In this document: positions 19,016 to 28,835 of the stretch, in pieces
Numbering within the stretch: the stretch's first letter is position 1
How the letters are laid out: each line of letters begins with the position of its first letter
The notes under the pieces: generated by a model
Database searches by the model: none
What the model was told of the DNA's origin: nothing
Seen by the model: the letters and a program-made list of their open reading frames with translations, nothing else
Made by a program: the position numbers and the translations under genes
Assembly (NCBI GenBank): GCA_016869285.1
Contig: VGEN01000005.1
Span: 182 to 64,181, forward strand
Length of the DNA stretch: 64,000 bases
Source of the DNA: Alphaproteobacteria bacterium
GTDB taxonomy: Bacteria; Pseudomonadota; Alphaproteobacteria; SHVZ01
Direction of reading: 5' to 3'

Positions 19016-19722
19016 GCCTCGACCTCCGTCGGCGTCGCGTGGCGTCCGCGCAGGATCATGTCGAAGCGATAGCCCAGCGCCCATTCCGGCTTGGCCAGAG
19101 AAAAGTCGAAGGCGGCGATCATGCGCGCACGCGCCGCTTCGTCGCTGAGCGAATTGAAGATCGGGTCGTGCCTCAGCAGCGGATCTCCGGGGAAATACAT
19201 CTGGGTAACCAGGCGCGTGAGGAAGCTCGGGCCGAACAGCGAAAAGTGGAGATGCGCCGGCCGCCAGGCATTGGCGTGATTGCGCCAGGGATAGGCGCCG
19301 GGCTTGATCGTGACGAAGCGGTAGCGCCCCTCCGCATCGGTGACCGCACGCCCGGCGCCGGAGAAGTTGGGGTCGAGCGGCGCGTCGTGCTGATCGGCAT
19401 CGTGGCGATAGCGGCCGGCAGCGTTCGCCTGCCAGAGCTCCACCAAGGTATGCGGGATCGGCTTGCCGTCCTCGTCAAGCACGCGCCCCTCGATGATGAT
19501 CCGCTCGCCCTGGGCCGGCGCCTCATGCTGCATGGTCAGGTCGATCTCGACCGGCCCGAAGCGCTCGAAACCGGAAACCGGGCCGGTGATCTCCGAGAGC
19601 GTCTGCGGGATCGAGACCGGCGCCTGTTTCGGGTGCCGCAGCTTGGTCGACCCGTATTCGACGAAATCGTTCGGCGGGTGCGTTCCCTGGGGGATAGGTC
19701 GATAGCGCCTCAAGCCGGTCAT
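19012..19722 (-). CDS. pcaH: Protocatechuate 3,4-dioxygenase beta subunit
   Basis: WQANAAGRYRH (Tyr ligand), TIKPGAYPWRNH.NAWRPAHLHFS (Tyr/His/His ligands), LVTQMYFPGDP. Confidence 0.96.
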   Translation of the reverse strand: MTGLRRYRPIPQGTHPPNDFVEYGSTKLRHPKQAPVSIPQTLSEITGPVSGFERFGPVEIDLTMQHEAPAQGERIIIEGRVLDEDGKPIPHTLVELWQANAAGRYRHDADQHDAPLDPNFSGAGRAVTDAEGRYRFVTIKPGAYPWRNHANAWRPAHLHFSLFGPSFLTRLVTQMYFPGDPLLRHDPIFNSLSDEAARARMIAAFDFSLAKPEWALGYRFDMILRGRHATPTEVEA

Positions 19723-19852
19723 GGTCCTAATCCTGGGTTCGAGCGTGAGCGCATGTTAGCAGCCCGTTCGCGCTTTGCGCCCGGCAATTGCCGCCCCTTT
19801 GAGCCCGTGGCAGGGTGGCCGCCTTCCACTCCTCCCCTTCAGCGAGCTCTTC

Positions 19853-20947
19853 ATGGCCGAGACGACGCGCTATCACCGGATCGCGCCCGCCGATCTCAAG
19901 CGGGCGATCATGCGGGTTTTCCAGCAGGTCGGCAGCAACGAGCGGGAGCAGCAGCTGACCGCCGATCACCTGGTCGCTGCCAACCTGACCGGGCACGACT
20001 CGCATGGCGTCGGCATGATTCCCGCCTATCTGCAGGCCTGGCGCGAGAAAAAGCTGACGATCAACGGCAAGCACACCGTGGCCGTCGATTCAGGGCCGAT
20101 CCTGACCGTCGATGGCGGCCTGGGCTTGGGCCAAGTCATTGCCTATGACGCGATGAACCTCGCCATGGAACGGGCGAAACATGTCGGCGTCTGCATCCTC
20201 GGCATCCGCAACGCGCATCACACCGGGCGCATCGGCCACTGGGCCGAGCAATGCGCCACCGGCGGCTTCGTCTCCATGCACTATGTCGCGGGCTTCGCCG
20301 GCGTCACCAGCGTCGCCCCCTTCGGCGGACGCGAGACGCGCTTCCAGACCAATCCCTACTCCGCCGGCTTCCCGCTGCCGGGCCGTCCGCCGATCATCCT
20401 CGACTTCGCGACATCGAAGATCGCGATGGGCAAGGTCCGCGTCGCCCTCAACAAGCGCGAGCAGGTGCCGGAAAACACGATGATCGACGCCGAGGGCAGG
20501 CCGACGCGCGATCCCGCAACCATGTACGCGCCGCCCGGCAAGCGCGGCGCCCTCTTCGCCTTTGGCGAGCACAAAGGCTCGGGCCTGGCGATGATCTGCG
20601 AGCTCTTCGCCGGCGCCTTGACCGGCGGCGGAACCACCTATCCAGGCAACTACGAGAACCGGCCGATCATGAACTCGATGCTGTCGATCGTCGTCGAGCC
20701 GTCCCGGCTCGGCGGCGGCGACAAGGTCGGCAGCGAAGCGACGCGCTTCGTCGACTGGGTGAAGTCATCCAAGCCGCTGCCCGGCGTCGATGAGGTTCTC
20801 GTCGCCGGCGAGCCTGAGCGTAAGCGCCGGGCCGAGCGCGAGCGCGACGGCATTCCCGTCGACGTCAACACCTGGAACGGTGTCGCCGAAGCGGCCGAGG
20901 CTGCCGGCCTCAAGCGCGCCGAGCTCGACAAGGCGGCGGGCCTATGA
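19853..20947 (+). CDS. hcxB: Ldh_2-family hydroxycarboxylate dehydrogenase (YbiC/HcxB-like)
   Basis: ADHLVAANLTGHDSHGVGMIPAY, HHTGRIGHWAEQCA, TNPYS, DFATSKIAMGK, EHKGSGLAMICE closely follow E. coli YbiC as recalled. Confidence 0.85.
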   Translation: MAETTRYHRIAPADLKRAIMRVFQQVGSNEREQQLTADHLVAANLTGHDSHGVGMIPAYLQAWREKKLTINGKHTVAVDSGPILTVDGGLGLGQVIAYDAMNLAMERAKHVGVCILGIRNAHHTGRIGHWAEQCATGGFVSMHYVAGFAGVTSVAPFGGRETRFQTNPYSAGFPLPGRPPIILDFATSKIAMGKVRVALNKREQVPENTMIDAEGRPTRDPATMYAPPGKRGALFAFGEHKGSGLAMICELFAGALTGGGTTYPGNYENRPIMNSMLSIVVEPSRLGGGDKVGSEATRFVDWVKSSKPLPGVDEVLVAGEPERKRRAERERDGIPVDVNTWNGVAEAAEAAGLKRAELDKAAGL

Positions 20948-20972
20948 CCGCCGGCTCATCGGGCGAAGGGAT

Positions 20973-22034
20973 TTAGCCGAGCGCGCGGAACGCGGCGGCA
21001 AGCTCGACCGGGCGCTGGGTCCGACCGGCTTCGGTCACCGCCAGCGTGGCCGCCAGCGTGCGCGCGCCGTCCTCGGCCGAGACCAGCGGCGCCTCGCCCT
21101 CCTGGATGACCCGGCAGAAATGCCGCAACTGCTCGATATAGGGGTCGTGCTCCGGCACCTTCATCGGGGTGCTGGCGAGCGGCCTGTCCCAGGCGATCTG
21201 CTGCGGATCGCGCGCCGACCATAGCTTGAGGTTCGGCAGCTCGAGGCTGCCCTCGGTGCCGATGAACCGGTAGGCGTTCTCGGCCGTGTATGCGAAGGCG
21301 GGATTCTCGGCCGTGCCCTGCTCGATCGTCCAGGGCGACAGGCCGGTATCGGTGCACAGGATGGTGCCGAGGGCGCCGCTGGCGAACCGGATCACCGCGC
21401 CGGACGTATCCTCGACCGCAAAGCCGCGCACGCCGTTGCTGACCTGGCCGGCGATGCTCGCGATCTCGCCGCCGAGATGACGCAAGAGGTCGATCTCATG
21501 AATCAAGTTGATCAGGATCGGTCCGCCGCCGGGTTCCTTGCGCCAAGCGACGTCGAAATAGGCATCGGGCTTGCGCGTCGCCCAGATGACGGACACGCCG
21601 ACCAGCCGGCCGATCCGCCCTTCGCTCAGGATCTGGCGGGCGCGACGGACCGCCGGCAGGTAGCGGCGATGATGGCCTGTGAGCGTCTTCACGCCGGAGG
21701 CGCGAACCGCACGCAGCAAGGCGGCCGCGCTCTCCAGCGACTCCGTGACAGGCTTCTCCACGATGAAGTGAACGCCGCGTCGCGCGCAGTCGATGCCCTG
21801 CGGCGCATGCAGGCTGTTGGGCGTGGCGATGACCACGGCGTCGGGTTTCTCCCGGTCGAGCAGCTCGTCCGGCGTCGCGAAGAACGGTGCCTTCACCTGG
21901 GGGAATCTGTCGGGGCCGATGGCGGGATCGGCGACACCGACAAGCACGGCATCGTCGGGACAGGCGAGGATCGTGTCGATATGGCGCCTGCCGATCAGCC
22001 CGGCGCCGAGCACGCCGATTTTCAGTTTTGCCAT
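20973..22034 (-). CDS. Gfo/Idh/MocA-family oxidoreductase
   Basis: IGVLGAGLIGRRH, IATPNSLH, VEKPV, GGGPILINLIHEIDL. Confidence 0.9.
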   Translation of the reverse strand: MAKLKIGVLGAGLIGRRHIDTILACPDDAVLVGVADPAIGPDRFPQVKAPFFATPDELLDREKPDAVVIATPNSLHAPQGIDCARRGVHFIVEKPVTESLESAAALLRAVRASGVKTLTGHHRRYLPAVRRARQILSEGRIGRLVGVSVIWATRKPDAYFDVAWRKEPGGGPILINLIHEIDLLRHLGGEIASIAGQVSNGVRGFAVEDTSGAVIRFASGALGTILCTDTGLSPWTIEQGTAENPAFAYTAENAYRFIGTEGSLELPNLKLWSARDPQQIAWDRPLASTPMKVPEHDPYIEQLRHFCRVIQEGEAPLVSAEDGARTLAATLAVTEAGRTQRPVELAAAFRALG

Positions 22035-22106
22035 GCGCTGGATCTCAATCGGGTAGTCGCTGAGCCTTCTGAAATTCGACAGCATCAAGCGCGCCAGAGG
22101 CGCGCA

Positions 22107-22910
22107 CTACGCCATTCCTGCCAACACTCTCCTCATCCCCACGATCGCCTTTTTCGCCCGTTCCGCCGGCATCAGCCCGCCCGCCATCGGCACTTCGAGG
22201 CTGATCGGAAAATGCGCCGGCACCGCATGCACCAGGGCAGCCAGCGGCAGCGCGCCGTCGCCCGGCGCCCGCCGCTCGCCCCGGGCTTCTCGGAGCTTCC
22301 CCGGATCGTCGCCCGGAATGTCGGCCCCGGCATCGCAGAGCTGGATATAGCCCATCCCTCCTCCGTTCAGGGCCGCGACGTCTTCCGGCCTGCCGCCGGA
22401 GCGCGCGAGGTGCAGTGCGTCCACAAGCAGATTGCCGTTGGGCTGTGCCGCCGCCCGCACCACGCGTACCGCCGCGTCGAGGCTTCGTATGCCGAGGAAC
22501 GATACGAATTCGAGGTCCGCGGTCAGGCCATAGGGCGCAGCCGCACGGCATATTTGCGCGAACTTCTCGGTCATCAACGCTTCGTCGCTTTCGATGCCGA
22601 TCGTCTTGATGCGCTTCGCGCCCAGAGCCGCCGCCGCCTCGAACAACCGCTCATACTTTGGCGCTTCGGTGTCGCGGGTTAGACGGATGATCTCGACATC
22701 GTAGACGCCGACCCCGGTGTCGCTCATGCGGCTTAGAGCCTCTCTGCGCATCGCCGTGTCGCCGAACATTGGGTAGTCGACATCGGTGGGCGTCGCGGGA
22801 GCGAGGCGGAGATCGACCGACCTGTAGCCGCACTCGGCGGCGACCGCGATCATCTGCGGGGGCGCCAGCTCTAGGCAGGTGAGATGGGCGAGTGAGAGCA
22901 GACGGGGCAT
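22107..22910 (-). CDS. Sugar-phosphate isomerase/epimerase-like TIM barrel (AP_endonuc_2 family)
   Basis: LSLAHLT, DLEF, VDALH, QLCD, PGDG.LPL, SLEVP metal-site pattern. Confidence 0.8.
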   Translation of the reverse strand: MPRLLSLAHLTCLELAPPQMIAVAAECGYRSVDLRLAPATPTDVDYPMFGDTAMRREALSRMSDTGVGVYDVEIIRLTRDTEAPKYERLFEAAAALGAKRIKTIGIESDEALMTEKFAQICRAAAPYGLTADLEFVSFLGIRSLDAAVRVVRAAAQPNGNLLVDALHLARSGGRPEDVAALNGGGMGYIQLCDAGADIPGDDPGKLREARGERRAPGDGALPLAALVHAVPAHFPISLEVPMAGGLMPAERAKKAIVGMRRVLAGMA

Positions 22911-23042
22911 GGGCGCCCACTATCCGATACTCTCCGGACGGACTCCAGATCGACCTGGGAGTTTCGCCGACGCGTGCCCGAGCTTGACGAGCTTGCCGTC
23001 GCCTAGCCACGCTTTTGCATACCATAGATGCGGAAGGCGGCA

Positions 23043-24545
23043 ATGGCGAAGCAGGCGCTGTCATGGTCAGAATGGGCGGCGAAGGATGCGCTCGGACTCG
23101 CCGGGCTCGTGCGCACGAAGAAGGTCTCCGCCAAGGAGGTTGCGGCTCAGGCGAAAGCCGGCATCGAGGCGGCAAACCCGACGCTCGAAGCCGTGCTCGA
23201 GATATTCGAGGATGTCGTCGCCGACCCGGATCACGACAAGCCGTCGAAGGACGGCGCCTTCTACGGCGTGCCGCTGCTGCTCAAGGACATCGGCTCCGGG
23301 CTCAAGGGGCGCAAGCAGGAGTCCGGCTCGAAGCTGCTGCGCGGCTTCGTCGTCGCCGAAACCGATCCGCTGGTCGAGAACTTCCTGCAAGGCGGTCTCA
23401 TCCCGATCGGGCGTTCGACCACGCCCGAGTTCGGCATGACCTTCGACACGACCACCCGCTATCTCGACAAGACCATCACCACCCGCAACCCCTGGAACCT
23501 GAAGCACACGCCCGGCGGCTCCTCCGGCGGTTCGGCGGCGATGGTCGCCGCCGGCGTGCTGCCGACCAGCATGGCCTCCGACGGCGGCGGCTCGACCCGT
23601 ATCCCGGCCTCGTTCTGCGGCCTCGTCGGCCTCAAATCCTCGCGCGGCCTCGTCGCGCGCCAGCTCGCCGGCAGCGACTACGCGTCCCGTCACGTCAATG
23701 AAGGCGTGGTCACGCGCAGCGTGCGCGACACCGCCGCCACGCTGGATGCGATCGGGCAAGGCCCGCAGGGCGGCTTCTTCGTCCGCTTGACGCCGGCAGT
23801 GCCTTCCTTCCTCGACTGCCTCAAGGATACGCCGAAGGGCTGGCGGATCGGGCTCTCGACCGGCCCCTGGGGCCGGTCGACGCCGGTCGATCCTCAGGTC
23901 GCCGCGCGCATCAAGGAAGTCGGCAAGCTGCTCGAATCCCTCGGCCACAAGGTCGAGGAGGTGAAGGACAGCCAAGTCTGCGACTGGCAGGCGATGTGGC
24001 GCGGCTACATCGCGCACTGGGTCGCGAGCCGCATGGCGCATCAGGGCTTGGCGCGCAGCCGCAACGTCGATGTCTCACGCATCAAGGACTTCATGGTGCC
24101 GATGGTCTGGCGCCACTTCGAGGCGGCGCAGACATACAAGCTCGTCGACCTGATGAACGCGATGAACGACAACAACTCGGTCACGCGCAGCTTCGGCAAG
24201 CTGATGGACAAGTACGACATGCTGCTGACGCCAACACTCGCGGTCCGCGTGCCGGAAGCGAACGGCCCCTATTCGCTGCTCCGCGACGAGCCGCTCGAGA
24301 CCTGGATGAACCGGCTGGCGGATGCCTGCCGTTTCACCATGCCGGGCAACGAGACCGGCGTGCCGGCGATCTCGGTGCCGGCCGGGCTGGACAGCGAGGG
24401 CCTTCCGATCGGCGCGCAGCTCCACGGCAAGTTCGGCCGCGACGACATGGTGCTCAGGCTGGCCGCGCAGATCGAGGCGGCGAAGCCCGAGTGGTTCACC
24501 GCGCGCCCGCAGAACCACATCGCCGCGGGCACATGGAAGGTGTGA
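23043..24545 (+). CDS. Amidase-signature-family amidase (NylA/AmiC-like)
   Basis: GVPLLLKD (Lys), TRNPWN..PGGSSGGS, SDGGGSTRIPAS (Ser-cisSer-Lys triad). Confidence 0.9.
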   Translation: MAKQALSWSEWAAKDALGLAGLVRTKKVSAKEVAAQAKAGIEAANPTLEAVLEIFEDVVADPDHDKPSKDGAFYGVPLLLKDIGSGLKGRKQESGSKLLRGFVVAETDPLVENFLQGGLIPIGRSTTPEFGMTFDTTTRYLDKTITTRNPWNLKHTPGGSSGGSAAMVAAGVLPTSMASDGGGSTRIPASFCGLVGLKSSRGLVARQLAGSDYASRHVNEGVVTRSVRDTAATLDAIGQGPQGGFFVRLTPAVPSFLDCLKDTPKGWRIGLSTGPWGRSTPVDPQVAARIKEVGKLLESLGHKVEEVKDSQVCDWQAMWRGYIAHWVASRMAHQGLARSRNVDVSRIKDFMVPMVWRHFEAAQTYKLVDLMNAMNDNNSVTRSFGKLMDKYDMLLTPTLAVRVPEANGPYSLLRDEPLETWMNRLADACRFTMPGNETGVPAISVPAGLDSEGLPIGAQLHGKFGRDDMVLRLAAQIEAAKPEWFTARPQNHIAAGTWKV

Positions 24546-24552
24546 GGCCGAT

Positions 24553-25962
24553 CTAAGCCGCCAGCGTCTTGAGCAGCGCCAGGGCTTCCTTCTCCAGCGT
24601 CTCGGCGGCGGTCGGCGCGTAGGGCGTCGCCCACTCGGTCTCGTAGCCGCCTTCCGAATAGGCATCGGCGACCGGCACATAGCCCTGCCAGCCGTTCGAG
24701 TAGCCGGCGAGCTGGACGACCGGCAGCGGCGCCTGCTCGCGCACGCGCGTACCGATGCGCGAGAACGGCTCCAAGGGCGCCCCGACGAGACCGACCGGGC
24801 CGAGGCGGATGCCGTGCAGATCGACGCTCATATGCGTCTGGCCCTGGGTCAGGCGGGCCCAGTGCGCGTTCATCGCCGCACGCTTGTAGCGGGCGTTGGT
24901 GTCGGAGATCTGCTGCGGCGTCGCCTTGCTCTTGTCGAGCGCGACCATCGCCTTGCCGAGGCGTTCCTGCTCGGCCGTCGCATTCTCGGCCGAGCCGTAG
25001 TTGCGCACCGGCAGCTTCGCCTTCCGCGTCGCCACCGCGAGCTTGGTCTCGGCTTCAGGCCCGGTGTCCTCGGCCCAGAGACCGAGCGGCGCCCCCGACT
25101 CCACGACCTTGTCGAAGCGGCGCACGATCGGCCGCGTCCTCAGGGCCATGAGCACGCGCGCCGCTTCGGCGCCAAGCCGCGTGCCGATGCGCCGCGGGAT
25201 CTGCACGTCGCCGGTCAGTCCCTGCTCGGGCATCTGGTCGCCGGCGCAGCCTTGCAGGAAAAGGCAGGGAGCGCCGGTAAGCTGCTCGACCACGCGTTTG
25301 ACCGTTCCGGGATAGTCCGGGCTGATCAGCCGGTTCTGGTGCGCAAGCGTAATCGGATGCGTGCCGTATCCGACGATCGAGGCGATCGGCTTCTCCTCGA
25401 GATCGTCAATGCGGACGACCGTCACCGTCTGATCGATGTACCCGTCACGATTCTCGGCAACGAGCACCGCGCCCGACGGCCCTTTGAAGCGCCGGTTCAC
25501 GGTGACGTCGCTCTTGCCGTAGCCGCCGGTCACGCGTGCTTTCTTCGGCGCCATCATCGCCTGGCGCACCGAGCCGACGAGCTGGGCGCGCACATAGTCC
25601 TGATAGGCCGGCACCAGCTCGGCTCCGGGAAGCTCGCTGTTGCCGCCGAAACCGCCGGCCACCGTCCAGGGCGGCCCGGCATGGGTGTGCGTGTAAGCGA
25701 GCCGCACCGCCTCCTTGGGCACGCCGGCGGTGCTGCCGATCAGCGCTCGCAGCTCGTCGGACTCCTCCATGCCGAAGGAACCGAAATCGACATCGACCAG
25801 CACGACCGTCGTGCGATCGTCGGCGACGATCATCGTCGTCGCCCATAGGTCCAGATCGATGCCCTCGGCGCGATCGTGGATGCGCGCGCCCCAGTTCACA
25901 TGGGCGATGCCGACCGGCGGCGTGATGTCGGTACGGCCGACGCCGACGCGAAGCGAGCTCAT
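24553..25962 (-). CDS. Neutral/alkaline ceramidase-like N-terminal-domain hydrolase, unknown substrate
   Basis: VGVGRTDITPP, THTHAGP, HP..L..QN..ISPDYPG, FLQGCAGD, YSNGWQGYVP..YSEGGYE. Confidence 0.75.
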   Translation of the reverse strand: MSSLRVGVGRTDITPPVGIAHVNWGARIHDRAEGIDLDLWATTMIVADDRTTVVLVDVDFGSFGMEESDELRALIGSTAGVPKEAVRLAYTHTHAGPPWTVAGGFGGNSELPGAELVPAYQDYVRAQLVGSVRQAMMAPKKARVTGGYGKSDVTVNRRFKGPSGAVLVAENRDGYIDQTVTVVRIDDLEEKPIASIVGYGTHPITLAHQNRLISPDYPGTVKRVVEQLTGAPCLFLQGCAGDQMPEQGLTGDVQIPRRIGTRLGAEAARVLMALRTRPIVRRFDKVVESGAPLGLWAEDTGPEAETKLAVATRKAKLPVRNYGSAENATAEQERLGKAMVALDKSKATPQQISDTNARYKRAAMNAHWARLTQGQTHMSVDLHGIRLGPVGLVGAPLEPFSRIGTRVREQAPLPVVQLAGYSNGWQGYVPVADAYSEGGYETEWATPYAPTAAETLEKEALALLKTLAA

Positions 25963-25975
25963 GCTCTTCCCTCTC

Positions 25976-26953
25976 CTAGCTGCGCGGGCGGATGCCCTGC
26001 GCGGCAAGCCGTTCCTTCATGCGGTCGGTCGCCGCGGTGATCGCGGCGGCGATGTTGGCCTCGACGCTTTTGTGGCCGGCTTCCAGCACCCAGGTGAATT
26101 CGGCCTCGGGCCAGGCCTGCTTCAGCTTCCAGGCGATGTAGGGGCGCGTCGTCTGGTCGTAGCGGCCCTGGATGATCGCGCCGGGCAGGTGACGGATCTT
26201 CGAGACGCCGTCGATCAGCTGGTTGGGCTTCAGGTAGAACTTATTGGCGCAGTAGTCGGTCCAGAAGCGCGCCAACGGAATGCAGGCCTCGGGCGCGAGC
26301 AAGGCCGGAAGCGCGCTCGGGTCCTCGCGGAAGGGTGTGGTGAAGCAGCTATAGGTCGCAATCGCGCGCGCCGCCGGCAGGTGCACCGCCGGGTCGGGGT
26401 CGAGCGCGCGCCTGTGATAGGCCTTGAGCAGGTCGCTGCGCTCGGCTTCCGGGATGAAGGTGGCGAGCTCGTGCCAGCGCTCGGGGAACATGTTCTTCTG
26501 GTGGTTCCACCACCAGTCGACCTCGTCGTCGCCGCCGGTGAAGATGCCGCGGATGACGATGCCGTGGCAGCGATCGGGATGGTTCTGGCCGTAATGCAGC
26601 GACATGAAGCTCGACCAGGAGCCGCCGGTCACAAGCCATTTCTCGACGCCCATCTCCTTCCGGATCTTTTCGTAGTCGGCGAGGATGTGCGCCGTCGTGT
26701 TGTTCCTGAGCTCGCCGTTGTTGCTCGACTTGCCGGTGCCGCGCTGGTCGAAGACGATGATGTCGAAGAAGTCGGGATCGTAGTTGCGCCGGTTATCCGG
26801 CACGGTGCGGCCGCCGGGGCCGCCATGGGTGAAGACCACCGGCACGCCCTTCGGATTGCCCGACCGCTCCCAGTAGATCTCGTGAAGATTATCGACCTTG
26901 AGCATGCCGGTCGTGTGCGGCTCGATCTGCGGGTAGAGCGCGGGCGAAGCCAT
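25976..26953 (-). CDS. pip: Prolyl aminopeptidase / proline iminopeptidase family (S33)
   Basis: LYPQIEP..GMLKV, HGGPGG, FDQRGTGKS, GGSWS nucleophile elbow, QGRYD, AGH. Start re-picked to 26953. Confidence 0.85.
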   Translation of the reverse strand: MASPALYPQIEPHTTGMLKVDNLHEIYWERSGNPKGVPVVFTHGGPGGRTVPDNRRNYDPDFFDIIVFDQRGTGKSSNNGELRNNTTAHILADYEKIRKEMGVEKWLVTGGSWSSFMSLHYGQNHPDRCHGIVIRGIFTGGDDEVDWWWNHQKNMFPERWHELATFIPEAERSDLLKAYHRRALDPDPAVHLPAARAIATYSCFTTPFREDPSALPALLAPEACIPLARFWTDYCANKFYLKPNQLIDGVSKIRHLPGAIIQGRYDQTTRPYIAWKLKQAWPEAEFTWVLEAGHKSVEANIAAAITAATDRMKERLAAQGIRPRS

Positions 26954-26978
26954 ATCCGAGTGCCTCCCTGACGTGAGA

Positions 26979-27006
26979 CCGGCGGCGCACCGAAGCGCGC
27001 CGCCGG
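26979..27006 (-). other. GC-rich hairpin (TTCG loop, no U-tract) between SBP and pip
   Basis: CCGGCGGCGCGC-TTCG-GTGCGCCGCCGG on the minus strand. Confidence 0.65.
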
Positions 27007-27030
27007 CTTTAAGCAGACTATGCGACGAGG

Positions 27031-28629
27031 TCAGTTCTTGGCGATGTTGAACAGCACCAGCTTGGAGGTCGGCAGCACGCCGGAGACGTTCTTCCTCCAG
27101 GCATAGGGCTGGTCGTACTGCCCGGTCATGACGTAGGGCACGACCTCCCAGAGCCGCTTGTGCAGCTTGTCGAGGGCCCACATGCGCTGTTCCTTGGTCT
27201 GCGCGGCGATGAAGGCGTTGCGCAGGCTCTCGGCTTCCTCATCCGAGGCCCAGCCGGCCCAGGTGCCTTCCTTGGCCATGTTCACGCCGAGGTTGGTCAA
27301 CGGGTTGTGCCAGGTCGACCACGAGCCCGAGGCCGACCACAGGTGCCAGCCGCCCTGCTCGCCGGGCTTGTTCTTGTTGCCGCCGAAGCGCGTGACCATC
27401 GTGCCCCAGTCCATCATCTCGAGCTCGACGTTGACGCCGCTCTTCCTGAGACCGTCGACCAGCACCTCGGTGATGGCGCCGATATGCGCGATCTCTTTGG
27501 TGCCGATGACGTAGATCTTCTCGCCCTTGTAGCCGGCTTCGGCCAGAAGCTGCTTGGCCTTCTCGCGGTTGACCTTGCGGTAGGGCTCGGAGCCGACCTC
27601 GGTGCCGTAGGCCGACTTGCACACGAAGTAGCTGAAGCACTCGTTCCACCACTTCTTGTCGCCGAAACCGGCGGCAAGGAAGTCTTCCTGCGAGGCGATC
27701 AGCGCCAGGGCCTGGCGGGCCTTGATGTTATTGAAGGGCGGATGCAGCGCGTTCGGGCGGAAGAAGCCGAAGCCGCCGACCGGATGCACCTTCTGGACGA
27801 CGATGTCCTTGTCCTTCTCGAGCAGCGGCAGAATGTCGCCGGCCGGCATGTCGATCATGTCGACCTCGCCCTTGAGGAGCGCATTGGCGGCGGTGTTGGC
27901 ATCGGGAATGACCTTGAAGACGAGGCGGTCGACCTTGGCCTGCTTGCCGCCGGCCATCGCATCGGGCGGCTCGGAGCGCGGTACATAGTCGGGGTTCTTG
28001 ACGTAGACGACCTCAGAGCCCGGCTTCCACTCCGCTGCCACGAACTTGAACGGGCCGGAGCCGATCTGCGAGTCGTTCGGGACGGCGGTGAACGGATCGA
28101 CCATCGCCTCCTTCTCGCGCATCATTGCCGGGAAGTTGCCGGCATGGTTGCCGAGCGAATACTCGACCCAGGCATAGGGCGCCTTCAGCTTGATGACGAA
28201 GGTATTGGCGTCGGTCGCGGTGATGTCAGCGACGCTCTCGCCCATCTTGCGGCCGATCGGGTCGCGCTTCATCCAGCGGTTGATCGAGGCGATGATGTCC
28301 TTGGTGGTGACCGCCGTGCCGTCATGCCATTTGAGGCCGGGGCGCAGCGTCATCGTGTAGGTCAGCTTGTCGGCGGAGACCGTGTGGTTGCCGACCATCT
28401 GCGGCTTCGGCTGCAGGTCGACGTCCCAGGCGAAGAGCTGGTCGTAGATGTTGGTCGCATGCATGGTGGTGATCGTCGCCGCCGCCTGCAGCGGATCGAG
28501 CACGCGAAGATCGGCATGCGGGATGATCGTGAGCGTCTTCTGCGCCGATGCCGGCGTTGCGGCCGCCCCGAGGCCCAAGGCCAGGGACATCGCCGCCAGA
28601 GCGGCAAGCCGGCCGTTGATGAATTTCAT
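27031..28629 (-). CDS. ABC substrate-binding protein, family 5 (paralog 1)
   Basis: Sec signal peptide; PHADLRVLDP, TLRPGLKWHDG, IGSGPFKF, DPFT; ends VLPTSKLVLFNIAKN. Confidence 0.92.
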   Translation of the reverse strand: MKFINGRLAALAAMSLALGLGAAATPASAQKTLTIIPHADLRVLDPLQAAATITTMHATNIYDQLFAWDVDLQPKPQMVGNHTVSADKLTYTMTLRPGLKWHDGTAVTTKDIIASINRWMKRDPIGRKMGESVADITATDANTFVIKLKAPYAWVEYSLGNHAGNFPAMMREKEAMVDPFTAVPNDSQIGSGPFKFVAAEWKPGSEVVYVKNPDYVPRSEPPDAMAGGKQAKVDRLVFKVIPDANTAANALLKGEVDMIDMPAGDILPLLEKDKDIVVQKVHPVGGFGFFRPNALHPPFNNIKARQALALIASQEDFLAAGFGDKKWWNECFSYFVCKSAYGTEVGSEPYRKVNREKAKQLLAEAGYKGEKIYVIGTKEIAHIGAITEVLVDGLRKSGVNVELEMMDWGTMVTRFGGNKNKPGEQGGWHLWSASGSWSTWHNPLTNLGVNMAKEGTWAGWASDEEAESLRNAFIAAQTKEQRMWALDKLHKRLWEVVPYVMTGQYDQPYAWRKNVSGVLPTSKLVLFNIAKN

Positions 28630-28715
28630 GTGCTACGCCTCCCAGTTGAGATCCGTCGCAGCGCCGGAGCTTCTCTCGCCCCGCCTCTCGGATCGGAAAT
28701 CGACCCCAATGCTCA

Positions 28716-28746
28716 ACTGTCCGACCGCCCTCCCCTCCTGTCAATT
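28716..28746 (-). promoter_or_regulatory. Putative sigma70 promoter of SBP paralog 1
   Basis: TTGACA-N17-GACAGT; the same blocks recur upstream of paralog 2. Confidence 0.5.
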
Positions 28747-28778
28747 GCAGCGCGGCAGCCCCGAAATCCGGTTCCCGG

Positions 28779-28820
28779 AAAAGAAAAAGGCCGGCGGTAC
28801 GCGAACGCGCGCCGCCGGCC
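28779..28820 (-). terminator. Rho-independent terminator after SBP paralog 2
   Basis: GGCCGGCGGCGCGCG-TTCG-CGTACCGCCGGCC followed by TTTTTCTTTT. Confidence 0.8.
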
Positions 28821-28835
28821 CGGATCGGCTCTCGC

